Shown in pieces: positions 25,559-39,404 of a DNA stretch of 64,000 nucleotides; the first letter of the stretch is position 1, and every line of letters starts with the position of its first letter. The notes under the pieces were generated by a model. The model was given only the letters and a program-made list of their open reading frames with translations, ran no database searches and was not told the DNA's origin. A program made the position numbers and the translations under genes. Source of the stretch: Octopus sinensis (Eukaryota); contig NC_043000.1 of assembly GCF_006345805.1 (NCBI RefSeq), positions 48,298,001 through 48,362,000 of the forward strand, given 5' to 3'.

Positions 25559-25950
25559 AAGTGCAGGCATGGCTGTGTGGTAAGAAGCTTGCTTCCCAAC
25601 CACATAGTTCCAGGTTCAGTCCTACTATGTGGCACCTTGGGTAAGTGTCTTCTAATATAGCCTCAAACAGACCAACATCTTATGAGTGAATTTGGTTGGC
25701 AGCAACTGAAAGAAGCCCATCGTATACATATATATATATATATATGTGTGTGTGTCTGTCCATCTTTGTCACACTACCATCGCTTGACAACCAATGTTGG
25801 TGTGTTTATGTCCTTGTAACTTAGCAGTTTGACAAAAGATACTGATAGTATAAGCGCTAGGCTAGCAAAGAATAGGCCCTTTTGATTTCCTCAACTAAAG
25901 GCAGTACTCCAGCATGGCCACAGTCAAATGACTGATATAAGTAAAAGAAT
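25559..25950 (+). mobile_element. SINE family A, diverged
   Basis: Head, internal microsatellite and tail recognisable. Confidence 0.8.
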
Positions 25951-26002
25951 AAAAAAATATATGCATACATGTGTGTGTATACAAACATACACACGCCTAT
26001 CA

Positions 26003-26033
<31 letters not shown>

Positions 26034-28243
26034 ATATATATAAAGTAGTTGTATACTGTCAACTTAATTTGACAGTCCCATGAAGGGACTGCTATTTAGC
26101 CCTAGGAAGCAGCAACGCTTCCTGTCGGCCTTGACACATTTCCTTTGTCCTTATGTTTACAAGGGGGAGATAAGCACCCCCACCCAGATAAGCCTGCATC
26201 CAGAGACTAGTTTCTGAGTCTTTGCTCGTCATCAGTCTGGTACTTATATCTATATATATATATATATATATATAAGTACCAACTGAGCACTAGAGTTAAT
26301 GTAATCAGCTGACCCCTTCCCTCAAAATTGCTGACATTGTGCCAAAATTTGAAGCAGTTTTTATTTTTGTAGTTATTATTTTGCCTGAACTGATGCAAGT
26401 GAGTGCACCAATCTTCAACAGTATATATATATATATGTAAAAAAATGAACACATACACACCCACAAACACACATATCTACATGCACACACACATACACAC
26501 ACATACATACAATCATATTCGACAGACAAGCTTCTGTGCAGTTTCTCTCTCTCTCTCTCTTCTCTCTCCATACATCCATCCACATGGTGTTCATGATGAT
26601 ATTAATTTCAGTGTAATTGAAAATTCTTAACCTTGACTTTTAGCAAGAAAACAGCATCTGATTCCTTCTTATGATAAAATGTGTTGAAACTAATATCATC
26701 CAAATACAGCTGAAAAGATTCTCCTCAAAAGATTTATTTTAATGTTCAAAATTGCACACCTGTTCATTTCATTCTACTTCAGAATACAGAAGAAGAAGAA
26801 TGCAAAATTAGAAAGCTTTTTCACTTCTATTCTATTAAACCGAATTCCATAGAGATTTCATAAGTACTGTTTCTTGTAAATTAGCTTTCCATATTAATAT
26901 TCTTACCAGATATTTGCTAATGTCTACTGAATGTTATTTCTTGATTCAAATATTTGATATCTTGCTAACTCTGTGATTTAGCAAGGTTTTTTTTTTTCCT
27001 TTAGCTTTATGTGTCTGTAGCGCTTAATTTTGAACTCCAGAATTAAGTTACTCTGACTAGGTGGTATTTTATTTTCTTTCTATTTTCTTGTTTCAATAAC
27101 TTTGTGCAGTGGATAGAATTTTCTTTAGTTTATATACAATTTTTTTTTTATCCGTGAACAATAATAATAACCACAAGAACAAGAAGAAAACTGCACGTGG
27201 CAGATAAGAAGTTGATTACATTATTTTTGGCATTGATAAGCTTTGATCACTGTGATCACTGACTTCAGAAAAGACAGCCAGCTTGTCTTTAAAAGGAACC
27301 AAAAAAAAAAAAAGGTAAATAAAAGAAAGAAGAATCCAACAACTTTTGGGATTATTTAACATAAAAATACTTTCGCAATAAGCCTTAGAATATTTTTCAT
27401 GGTAACAGTTTTAAGCATGCTTTCTAGTTTTGATCAAAGCCCAGACATAAAATTGATCTAAAGACATGGTACAGATGAAATAATTTTAATGTTATTTGCC
27501 TGAAACTTCTAAAAATATCTAAGATGTTATTGCCTTCTATAGGTAGGGTAAAATTCTTTTATATATCATTGTTTGCTAGTTGCTTTTTCTTTTTAATTTT
27601 TTTTTCTGTTTTTTTTTTTTTTGTTTTTGAGTCATAGCTGCGATAGCAAAGAAAGCTAAAGCATTGATATTATAATCTTTAAAAAGTAAGAGATTGCTTA
27701 CTTATTTGAAGGTATCAGTCGCCTTGCATGACATTCCTTATTCGGATGAATGCTTGATTTGTTTACATCATATAGTCGAGTTGTCGAACACAGATGTCAT
27801 TCCTCAAGGAGCTGTTCTTCCTGATTGTTTCTTTAATTGGCACCTTTCCGTCACATTTGTTTCAATTTTGTAGTTCAATAAAGACATACAGAAACTGACT
27901 AACGCTGAGTAAACAAGAAAACTTTCTAAGTATACATCCATAGACATGTACACACACACACACAGGCACACATGTGCATATGTATGTCATTATCATCATC
28001 ATCATCATAATCAGCATTTCTTATCCATTTTCCATGCTGGTATGGGTAGGATGGTTTGACAGGAGTTGGCAAGTCAGAAGACTGCATCAAGATCTGCTGT
28101 TAGTTTTGGCAGGGCTTCTATAGCTGAGTGCCCTTCCTAATGTATTGGATACTTTTATGTGGCACTAGCAACAGTGAAGTTACCAAGAAACTAGCAGGGC
28201 CTCATACATATATGAATTTATATATATATATCTCTCTCTCCAA

Positions 28244-28308
<65 letters not shown>

Positions 28309-28327
28309 TATATACAACTATAAGACA

Positions 28328-28660
28328 GATAAGACAGAGGGACAAAAATAGACTAGCAAAAAATATTACTGAATAATTCAAGATCCTGGATTTCTAGCTT
28401 TGCTTCAAATAAGCTTTGCCTCGTCAGTTGAATATATCAGATAGGCGCATAAATACAAATATATATATATACAGAACACACATTATTATTCAGTAATATT
28501 TTTTGCTAGTCTATTTTTGTCCCTCTGTCTTATCTCATGGTGCGATATGAACATTTAAAGTGATTTTTGGAGTCAGGGATTTGACTGCTATTTCGGCATG
28601 GTGGTGTCTCTCGGACACCCTTATTTATAGTTATATAAAAATTTTTGTATGGTATTTTTT
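28328..28660. mobile_element. (TA)n-flanked fold-back element with a minimal hammerhead (PLE/retrozyme-like)
   Basis: Perfect 50-bp inverted repeat (28328-28377 / 28485-28534); minus-strand HHR at 28376-28433. Confidence 0.7.
28376..28433 (-). ncRNA. Minimal type I hammerhead ribozyme motif
   Basis: AUUCAA-CUGACGA-GGC aaa GCUU auuug AAGC aaa GCU-a-GAAA-UCC a GGA-UC-UUGAAU. Confidence 0.6.
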
Positions 28661-28721
28661 CCCATGCTGGCCACTTGATAATATCGATATTATCCTTATT
28701 TATAAATATATATATATATAT

Positions 28722-28960
28722 ATGTGCATGCACATATGGGTACGGGATGTCACCAACAGTACAAAAAATATGAAATACGTAAACAAAGAAGTTTATTATG
28801 TAAACAACCAGAAAAAAATTGGAGAACACAACAAGTACACAGAGAAGGACCCTTCATCAGTTGTCTGCTCGATATGAGGAGTAGATAGATAGCTGACAAC
28901 TTATGAAGGGTCCTTTCTCTGTGTTTACTTGTCCTGTTTTCCATTTTTTTTCTTGTAGTG
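28722..28960. mobile_element. (TA)n-adjacent fold-back element, second family
   Basis: Imperfect ~60-bp inverted repeat (28809-28869 / 28891-28955); its terminal segment is homologous to 11130-11215. Confidence 0.6.
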
Positions 28961-29310
28961 TACGTATTTAACATTACTGAGGTAACATTGTCTCAGAGAC
29001 ATTTGACTGTTTGCCTTCTATTCACTGTGTATGTACATCACACACATATACAAAACATACACACGCACACATATATATTTATGTGCATTTGTTTGTGTGT
29101 GTGTGTGTGTGTGAGTATAATAATAATAATAATAATAATAATGAAGAAGAAGAATGATGATTATTACAAAGTAGAATAGCATTACTTTTAATTCCTTTTT
29201 ATTTACATATATATAGTTTCAAATAAACCTACAAATGTTTCTACTGCATAGATTAGTAGGCATAACAATTACAACCCTACAATAATACTGGTGCAATATA
29301 TATATATTTG

Positions 29311-29620
29311 TGGAGATGCAATGGCCCAGTGGTTAGGGCAGCGGACTCGCAGTCGTAGGATCGCGGTTTCGATTCCCAGACCGGGCGTTGTGAGTGTTTA
29401 TTGAGCGAAAACACCTAAAGCTCCATGAGGCTCCGGTAGGGAGTGGTGGCGATCCCTGCTGTACTCTTTCGCCACAACTTTCTCACTCTTTCTTCTGTTG
29501 GCCTGCTCACTTAGCCAGCGGGGTGGCGTCATTTGAAGGCTAAAACAATGCGAAGCGCATTGTGACCAGCGATGTGTCTCAACATCTGATAGCCTGGTTG
29601 GTCACGGTGATCACAGTGAT
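29311..29620 (+). mobile_element. SINE family B
   Basis: gtggagatgcaatggcccagtggttagggcagcggactcg...gtttcgattccc head; inserted in (TA)n. Confidence 0.88.
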
Positions 29621-29744
29621 AAATATATATATACATATATATTCAATTATTCTAAAACCTGTCTCAGTCTGAACTTTTGTCATTCCATTCATACTCATCA
29701 TGGCAACTGACAACACTAACAACAAAGTAAAACTATTCTCCTTC

Positions 29745-30373
29745 CTTTATCTTCTACTTGTTCCTGTCATTGAATTGTGGCCATGCTGGGGCACTGCCTT
29801 GAAGAATTTTAGTCGAACTTACCAAACTCAGTACTTATTATTTTTCATAAAACCTGATACTTATCCTATCAGTCTCTTTTGCCAAACTGCTAAGTTACAG
29901 AGATGTAAATACAACAACACAGATTGTCAATTGGTGCTGGGGGACAAACACAAATTCCCCCACACATACATATACATGCATATATATATATATATGAAGA
30001 GGAATAAGTCTTTTATGAGATCAATTCCGAAATTGATTCAATATAGAAATAACAAATTTAAAAAAAATTCTATCGGCCGGCTTGCCCGATTTCAGTTCTT
30101 CGGTTTTTTCTGTTGCGAGTAAATTATATGTGGAAATTGATGATTTAATAGTCTGTTATCAGCATATTGGCATTGAAATAATTTTCTTTAGCCCTTACTT
30201 ATAAGTTATATATATATATATATATACATTGAGCGTCTTTCAGTTTCCATCTACTTAAGGCTTCGGTCTGCCTGAGACTATAGTAGCAGACAAATGTCGA
30301 AGGTGCTACGCAGTGGGACTGAACCTGGAATCATATAGTTGGCAACCAAACCTCTTGCCATACAACCATGCCC
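29745..30373 (-). mobile_element. SINE family A split by a ~215-bp insertion in its internal (TA)n
   Basis: 3' half at 29745-29990, 5' half at 30232-30373; the insert at about 30000-30215 is homologous to 40401-40570. Confidence 0.75.
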
Positions 30374-31081
30374 AAACATAAAGACCTAACAAGTACACAA
30401 TCATGCACACACTCACACACACACATACACACACATGAATTCACGTTTATTTGGATAATTTTCCTCATCCTTGTTTGAAGTTATCATAACACTCAATCTT
30501 TATTCACAAGCACTCTCTATGTATGTCTGACAAGTCATCCTTATCTGGCAGTTCTGATAATGACTATATTTTCTCATCTGACCTAAAAAAGCAAAGCAAT
30601 GATATGTCCAGTATTCTCACCATTATGCCAAGATTCAATTTCATGCCCTCTAAGTCGTCAACATTCTATTCATAGATAATTTTAATTGATTAAAATTGCT
30701 TGCTTCACTACGTTAAGTTATTACAGAGTCTATGATTTGGATTCCAGACAAAGAATGCACTTGACTATGTTCCCATAGTTTTTAAGTATACATGTATATA
30801 CATATATAGATATGCATCATCACCACCGTCTCATCATCATCATCATCATTTAAAGTCCATGTGTTCATGTTAACCTAGTGGCATGGGTTGTACCTCTTGA
30901 CAAGATTCACTGTCTCCAAGGACTGGATCATACATCAGTCTGGTGTCTCTGGCTAGATGCTCTTCCTGATACCAATCACTGTAGAGCATGGACTGTGTAT
31001 ATGTATATATATATATATATATATAAATATATATATATAAGAAATTAAAAAATAATCAAAATTCCTCTTTTCTGTTACTAC

Positions 31082-31118
<37 letters not shown>

Positions 31119-32337
31119 ATTTAGATCTTCTGAGTGACATTTGGTTAGATTACACACACACACACATATATATATTGCACACTTCTGCTGTCAGCGCCCC
31201 TGAGGTAGTTCAGCATTGTCTACAACCTTGTTTTGGCAACACCTACTATGACACTAGGACCAAATTATAATGAACATACTGGTCCTTTGGAGCCATCAGT
31301 GACAGGAAGAAAGGGGCACCTGCTGCATAGGCAATAACCTGTTTTCTGTGATACTGCCCCACCTTGGATCCTATTTAACATTCTATAACGGGTGAGGTGG
31401 GGGGATAAAAAAAATGAAGATGAACATTACAACTCAAACAGCTCTGGGACAGTCCACAAGTGAAGCTAGAGTGGCAGAGACAGCTGTATTTTGCATTGGA
31501 CTCTTCAGCCATAGACATTGCTGTTTCAGTAGGGCAGACAGCTTGGTCCTTCACTCATGGTCATTACTGACAGATGGGGGCTTGTTGGGAAGCATTGTAA
31601 TCTTCAAATTCTTCTCAATTCTTTTGATTTACACCTTGTTGTATATAGTATATATATATGTGTGTGGGTGTGCATATGCAAATGTGTGTGTGTGAGTGTG
31701 TGCCAATATGTATTTCTATCATATAGAATTCTGTCACATATATCTGTCTATATTTCTATCTGTCTCAAAAGACAAAAAAAAAAAAAAGAAAAAAGAAAGA
31801 AAGATATGCGTCTGCCTTTATATCCTAAATAAAAATTATGATGATTCAGTTGTTTGGTGGGTGATTGAAATTATTCCTTTTACTGTACATACATGTTATA
31901 TAAGCTGACTTAAGTAGCAAGCATCTGAAAAGAATATGATATATATAAAGTAGATCTAATAACAAAAAGAAAGAAACACTGTTAAAAAAACAAACATATA
32001 TTTGGTTATATACAAAAACATTACACACTCAATAAATTGATTTGTTTTACCTTGTAGGCACAGACTATTAATAACAGTCTTATAGAATTGCTACTTAGGA
32101 TTAGATGTAGCAGCAATCCCTCAGCAATGTAAGTTCTTTATATAACGCCAACCAGACTTATTTTATTGATTTCATAAGAGCTGAAAATTACTTTAATCAA
32201 CATTGGCCAAAGCTCAAATCTCGGCACCATTGAATAATCAGATATGGCTTTCATTTAAATAATTGTTTTGCATAACTGGAATATTTGATATTTGTTGCAC
32301 CCCTTCTTGTAATACTAATATATATATATGTATATGT

Positions 32338-32419
<82 letters not shown>

Positions 32420-32564
32420 CATACATACAGTTAATACAAAAGAAAACAGAGAAAAAGACAAGAAAATACACGTGAGGATTCAACACATGCAAAGTATTAA
32501 TACATACATACATACATTTTATATATATAAACATAAATACACACACACATATATGCACTTTACT

Positions 32565-32597
<33 letters not shown>

Positions 32598-33124
32598 GCG
32601 TGTGTGTGTGTGTATTATGTTATATTCTCTATATATTATATATATTGCATATGATGATGTGACACATACGTGACTGGTTAGTGCCCTGTCATTTGACAAT
32701 TAAGATTCATGCTCCATTTTAACTCTGTGATACTTCAGGCTAGTATTTTCTATTGCAGCCTTGGGCCAACAAAAGCCTTCTGAGTGGATTTTAGCAGACA
32801 GAAACTGAAATAAGCATGTTATGTATATAGATGTATGTATGTGTGTGTGTGTGTGTATTTAAGATTCAGGTGCATACGGCACCTGAATGGTAAGCATCGA
32901 GTTATGTCAAAGCTATAGACGAATACAAACATTGATCTCGAAGTACAGGCAGAAAGATATTCATTCAGGTTATGTATACAATTAATTGAACCCAACCAAG
33001 TATATTATCAGCCCTTGGGCTAATGCGGAAATGCACATTGTTTTAAATATACAGTCCGTGAAATATCTTGGAAAATGAAATGAGCAGGTTCCAAGAGAGG
33101 TGAAATATATATATATACATACAT

Positions 33125-33296
33125 AAAATTTATAATTATGAGTATAATTATAATTAGGGTTCAGTAAAAATTTGCTTCACCACATACCGAAATAGTAATG
33201 AAATAGTAAGTTTTAACTGCTATTTCTAAATTTCAGTATGTGGTGAAGCAAATTTTTGCTGAACCCTAATTATACTCATAATCATAATCATAAAAT
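33125..33296. repeat. Fold-back inverted repeat next to (TA)n
   Basis: 44-bp core arms at 33150-33193 and 33230-33273 with 2 mismatches, extended by attatgagtataatta / taattatactcataat. Confidence 0.85.
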
Positions 33297-33737
33297 TTTT
33301 TGTATAAGTTTACTGATAATGGTTCTTTTAACATACTGAACTACTTGGTAAAATAATTAATTATTAATTTATTAATTAATTTTACCCTTTATTATTATGG
33401 CTATATATATATATATATACACACAAACTTATACATGCAACAACTTGTAAAGGAGAATTTGATAGCATGGTTACAGTCAATTGACTGTGGCCATGCTGGA
33501 GCATCACCTTGAAGTGTTTTAGTATGTATATATAAACTGGCCCTTTTGAATTACAGGTGGAATTCATTTTTGCCAGCTGAGTGCACTGGAGCCACATGAA
33601 ATAAAGTGTCTTGCTCAAGGACACAACATATCACCAGGAACCCACAATTTTACAATTGTGAGCTGAATACCCTAACCACTAACCAATGTACCTTCATTCA
33701 CACATAGGTATACATACATAACATATAAAAACATATA

Positions 33738-33772
<35 letters not shown>

Positions 33773-34744
33773 ACAGGCTTCTTTCAGCTTCTGTCTACCA
33801 AATCCAATCACAAGGCTTTAGTCTGCTCAAGGTGACATTTGCCCAATGTTTCACATAGTGGGACTGAACTCAGAGCCACATGGTTGGAAACCAAGCTTCT
33901 GACCACACATCCATACCTGAATACATATGACTATCTTCTCTCAGTTTCTGACATAATTTCCCGCAGAATATTTTGGATGAATTGTGACTATTCATCATCA
34001 TCATCATCCTCATCATGCTTTAAATCCTGGTTTTGTCCCAGTTAATGGGGGTGGCCAGAACTACATCAATGCCATAGCAACCGAGGTAGGCTGATGCAGC
34101 CCACCCCAATCTTTGGGCTGGCTGGTACCTATTCTTTGCTATCATGAGGCATTTTTGGAGCTGGATTTTCTACGAGGAGCATGTCCTTGCTTACCCCCAA
34201 CCTTAGTTCCTAGGCATGAGTGGTCCCAAGACGAAGACCTCTATCATGATTTTTAAGAAATGTGGTGGAAAACTAGCTCAGGAAGGCAGGGATGCTACTC
34301 CCTGAGACCCCTTTTGGAGCTCCCCTACTATTGTAGAAGACAATTGCTTTAGATGCGACGCAGTGGGACTGAAGTATCATTTGTCGACTAGGATGTTTTT
34401 CAATGGCAATGATATCTATGCAAATGCACTAATGCTAGTAGATTCAGATTGCCATTTAGTGAAAGAGATATTAATTATTTGCATTCTTATCTATCAATTT
34501 ATCTTCAATTTTATTCTTAAAATTTTGAAATATGCACACACACCATCAAAGTCAAACTGCAAATCATTTTCTTTGAATTTCTTTCATTTTCTTCCTTTCT
34601 CTTTCTTCCCTTCTGAATTCGTTTCTTTCTTTCTTTCTTCTCCCCCCTCTCTCTCTGTATTTCCAACTATCAGTTTATTTTGCTCTCTCTCTCTCTTTCT
34701 TTCTCTCTCTCTCTCTCTCTCACACACGCTCACTGTTTTTCTCA

Positions 34745-34880
34745 CTTTTATATCTATCTATCTATCTATCTATTTATCTATCTATCAATCTATCTGCATA
34801 TCTATCAATCTATATATCTGTTTATTAACCAATCAATCAATCAATCAATCTATCATCTATCTATCTACCTATTTATCTAC

Positions 34881-34936
<56 letters not shown>

Positions 34937-34939
34937 ATC

Positions 34940-34973
<34 letters not shown>

Positions 34974-35009
34974 ATCTATCTATATCTCTATCTATCTATC
35001 TATCTATCT

Positions 35010-35066
<57 letters not shown>

Positions 35067-35069
35067 ATC

Positions 35070-35103
<34 letters not shown>

Positions 35104-35150
35104 ATCTATCTATATCTCTATCTATCTATCTATCATTCTATCTATCTATC
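34745..35150. repeat. (TATC)n/(GATA)n tetranucleotide array, ~400 bp
   Basis: Directly visible; source of the 311-aa IYLS ORF. Confidence 0.97.
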
Positions 35151-36199
35151 TATTTTTCTTCCCCACCCCCCTCTCTCTCTCTCTCTCAATGCAGTTTTTA
35201 ATTTAAATTTGCCTTTTCTCCTTCAAGCTTATTTTCCCCCTTCTCTTCCAGCACGTGTTTTTATTATCGTTGTGGGTTTCTTTTTTCCTTTCTTCTAATC
35301 TGTTTATATTTTTGTAACTAAATAAATAAATAAAAATTAGAATTAACAAAATATTCATTTTCTATATACTTTTTCACTTTTTACTTTTAATTTTGACTTC
35401 TAAAGATACTATGAAAGATGTTCCTGCTCTTCTAAAAGACAAACAAATTCTTCTATTTTATATTTTTATTTTATATTTTTATATATTTATATATATATTT
35501 TTTTGTGGTGATGGCAATCATGATGGAAGTGGGGGGGGGGCGAGTAAAACAATAAAAAAAAAGAGTAATAAAAATATAAAAAGAAATAAATACTTTCACT
35601 TGAGCAATGCAATTTTATGAGAACAGTTAAATTGAATAACACTCAATTCAAATGATTTCCTTTCTGTAAAACCAAGACTACTGAACGATTTTCCAATTCC
35701 ATTGAAATTTGTGGGATTTGATTTTGTAGTTTGCCTCATTTAGTTCACCAAGGTAAATTTCATATCCATTCTTTCCAGTCATATATGGTTTCTATTTTTA
35801 AATGTTCCTTACAGCAGTTAAATACAGTTGTAGCACATTTCAATAATAAAAAGTTGATATAAAAGCATTACTGGTTGGATTTTTTTTTTATATCATCTGA
35901 GACATAAATAGACAGAAATCTAAATTGAGTGGAGTTCTTAGATATAGCTTCTTTTCACAAACCATCTTGTTCTGCATTTGATCTAGCTCTAAATATGCTT
36001 CACCTTTATTCATTGAGTGCCTTTTACTAACAAACATAGTATCTAGTCAGTTGATCAAAGTCTTGTGAGAAAAATAACAATTTAGTAGATGAATATACTG
36101 CATATAAATATATATGGTCAATGTATATATATGGATGTACTCATATATAATGCGCATGTACAAAGAGTTTGTGTGTGTGTGCATATATATATATATATA

Positions 36200-36405
36200 T
36201 ATCTGCTCTTTTTTTTTTTCAAAATGTAACTACATGTGGATTATTGGTGATTTTCTTCCTCTGTCTCCTGTTTCTGAAGAAGAGCTTTGCTCAAAATGTA
36301 AACTAGCTTTCTTTCCTTCCCTGTACATCTGTTAATACTTTGCATGTACCACGTCGTCGCATTGTTGAGTTTTCTTTGTTTTTTCTTCATTATTTGGGAT
36401 TAATT
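36200..36405 (+). mobile_element. (TA)n-flanked ~205-bp unit with a decayed hammerhead motif
   Basis: GTTT-CTGAAGA-A-GAGC-TTT-GCTC-[a]AAA-TG-TA-AAC at 36270-36303; tail homologous (inverted) to 32440-32505. Confidence 0.5.
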
Positions 36406-36695
36406 ATATATATGTATTTATATATATATATATATATATGTGTGTAAATATATATATGTAATTATATATACATATATATGTAAATATATATATATATGTA
36501 AAAATATATATATATATTCATATATATATATGCAAATAAATATATATGTATGTAAATATATGTATATACATATATATATATATATGTATATGTGGTTAGG
36601 AAGCAAGCTTTTTAGCACACACCCACCCCTGTGCCTATATTTATATATATATGTGTATATATATATTATATACATAGTATATGTATATATATATA

Positions 36696-36741
<46 letters not shown>

Positions 36742-36844
36742 GAGAGAGAGATGTTGGTGCAGGAGGAAAAATTTTTTCTGTGCTCCCTGCTCCTTCTTTT
36801 GTTTACCTTTCCCAACAATTCACAATTAAAGCAACAATTAAAAC

Positions 36845-36877
<33 letters not shown>

Positions 36878-36885
<8 letters not shown>

Positions 36886-37139
36886 AATATGTTACATTAC
36901 TTGATAGTCAAGATAAAACTCTGAGTTTCAGATGCCGAAGTGGAAATCCACAACACCATCTCTTCGGTTATCTGGCTATAACCGAAGAGATGGTGTTGTG
37001 GATTTCCACTTCGGCATCTGAAACTCAGAGTTTTATCTTGTCTATCGAGTAATGTAACATATTATTGTATAGATAAATTTCCTCTATTTACATAATATTG
37101 AGGTCGCTTTCTTTCTTTTGTTATCTTCCGGTTTTACCA

Positions 37140-37140
<1 letters not shown>
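36878..37140. mobile_element. Fold-back element: ~94-bp arms, 6-nt loop, one-sided tail, (TA)n on both sides
   Basis: Arms at 36878-36971 and 36978-37071 with 2 mismatches; HHR-like motif CCGAAGA...GAAA-CTC-A-GAG-TT in each arm. Confidence 0.85.
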
Positions 37141-37173
<33 letters not shown>

Positions 37174-37460
37174 TATAAATGGCCCAAATCACATTAAATG
37201 GTTTGAAAGTCTAAAAGTTGTACGATCTGACACAGAGTAAAACAGCTGATACAGAGCAAAACTTTGAAGTCACTGTCAGTGTTGTACTTGTAAAACAGTC
37301 AATACTCTGCTTCTTGCATGGTCTCTTTGTTAATGTTTTTACTGTTCTTATGAATGACTACATGTAAAAAATACACATTCATTCGTTCATTTGTACATTC
37401 ATTAATTCATTCATATATATATTTCTCTCTCTATAAATATATTTAACAGGTGGTTTGCTA

Positions 37461-37642
37461 TATCTGGTCAGAAAGTGTCCATTGGTTTTGCACCTCTAAG
37501 GCACTTATCTGTATAGCTGACTTGTTAGACTCAAATGGCCAGTGGCACATCAGCTCTATACGACTGGAGCTCCAATTGTTGAGAGCCTATACAGTTAATT
37601 GTCTTATAGGTGTGAAACTAATAGTAACTTTCTGACCAGATA
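37461..37642. mobile_element. Tc1/mariner-type MITE (182 bp)
   Basis: Perfect 16-bp TIR TATCTGGTCAGAAAGT / ACTTTCTGACCAGATA with a TA duplication on both sides. Confidence 0.8.
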
Positions 37643-37727
37643 TAATATACAACCTTCCAAATATTACTACTCTAATGGTTTAGAATGTACTTCTTTTTCA
37701 GATATATGAACTAGTGATCAATATATA

Positions 37728-37765
<38 letters not shown>

Positions 37766-39404
37766 AAAATATAGGGGTTTAGTTCACAGGTGATCTAAAC
37801 GATTAGGTAAGCTGAATAAGTGCTGTAACGGGTTATCAGGGCTCCAAGGTCATAACTGAGATGGGAGTTATTAAACCATCATAAATTTCCAATAAAGCGG
37901 ATACATAATAGTTAAAGAGGAAAAAGTGTTAAAGCATGATAAACATCTCAAGTCATAAATTCAAAGTCTTACAGCTGTTTCTGAGATATCTCAAACTGAG
38001 AACACCTTGTGATGATACAGCTATAATTTTGACAACCAGCATACCAAACAGAACCAATCCCTTCAGTACAAGCCAACAAAATCAAACAATTATGCTCATG
38101 CAGAGATAGACCCAATTGTCCATTGGATAACCAATGTATCACTAAGAGTGTGGTTTAGAAGTGCACTATAAACACTAGAGGAAGCTCCTATGTATATATT
38201 GGGGCAGTGGCTGATTTTTTTCAAAATCGATACTGCAACATTGCCAGCTTTTGAAATATCCTTAAATGACATGTAACATCACTGGCTGATTTTATTTGGA
38301 GGCTTAAGGAAGTGAAGACAAAATACGACCTTACATGGTCCATACTTAGACCTGTGAGTCCTTACATCACTATATCCTGGAAATGCCAGTTATACAAGAA
38401 AGATGTTAAAGTAATGAGAAACGGATAAAGCTAACTTTTTAAAATATATTGGGTGAAAGTGAGAGATTAGAAAAGGAACATATAAATGGAAGAATAGAAA
38501 GTAGGAAAGTGGGCTGTTATATAAAAGGAAAGTGAGTGGTTGTAGGAAAAACAGAGGTTAAGTGATCAGACCAGGAGAAAGGACAGACACTAACACAAGA
38601 TAGAGATAGAAGAGAAGAATAAGCAGGTAGAGAAAGGTGTACTAGAAGGATAATTGGATAGTGAGGGGAAAATATGAAAGTGAAAGTAGATAAGCTTAGA
38701 GGGGATGAGAAAGAAGTAAAGAATGGGGAATGATTGTAGGGTGTTGTAAGTAGTGTAAATGGAAGAAGAAATGATGGTAAGGGATCAATAGTACAGCAAG
38801 TCATCAGTTATCTACAACCCCATTAAGATATTCAATATTTCTAGAAGAAGGTGTATAGAATATTTTAATGATTTTTTAATGAATGATATAGTCAGATTTA
38901 TACATTTATAACTATTTACAAATTATAATCAATTAAAATAATTTAATCTTTTTGTAAAATGGATATAATGATTAGATTTTAAATACAAAATTTTAAAAAA
39001 CTGTTTAAGATTTAAAATGAGTTAATATGATTTCAAGTGATTAAAGTAATTTAGAATTAACAAATTTTTTAGACAGACTGTGTAGAAAGATGAAATGTCA
39101 ATAATGTCAGAAAATACGGAAGCCTTTAAAGATATATAATTAAGATTACTAACTAAAGAAACATTTATGTTATAAATGTGCAGAGAAATTAAAGTGGGAT
39201 TGGTCAAGTGTTAGTGACTGTAACAGAACTACATCTAGACAGAGACTAAGCTGATTTGGCTTGAGAGCATGATGGGAATGAGAAGGATATCGAAATAGGT
39301 AAGATACAGAGAACAGATTAGCAATAAGCAAAGAATAGCAGTAAAACACATAAGGCAATATTGGTCTACGAGATTGGTAATAATACAAGTAATACAAGTT
39401 GTGT

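Noticed and set aside
26783-26863. Strong acceptor followed by 26 open codons (NTEEEECKIRK...)
   Set aside because: Ends in a stop, no recognisable homology and no partner exon.
27712-27873. 53-codon open stretch after an AG
   Set aside because: Weak acceptor, no donor and no recognisable domain.
28575-28622. HHR-like GAAATAGCAGTC on the minus strand (also about 26080 and 33210)
   Set aside because: The CUGANGA core is not recoverable, the orientation conflicts with the neighbouring HHR, and a similar string (gaaataacagcc, about 25520) occurs in another repeat context.
28852-28870. CTGATGA on the minus strand of the 28722 fold-back
   Set aside because: No downstream GAAA or helix III.
29320-29385. 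tRNA-like heads (also 43543 and others)
   Set aside because: A/B boxes are present but continue into SINE bodies with no complete cloverleaf; not tRNA genes.
34363-35298. 311-aa ORF
   Set aside because: Translation of (CT)n and (TATC)n repeats, which lack stops in this frame.
37964-38000. Minus-strand GAAA-CAGCTG-TA half hammerhead
   Set aside because: A palindromic helix III is present but there is no upstream CUGANGA; at most a decayed relic.
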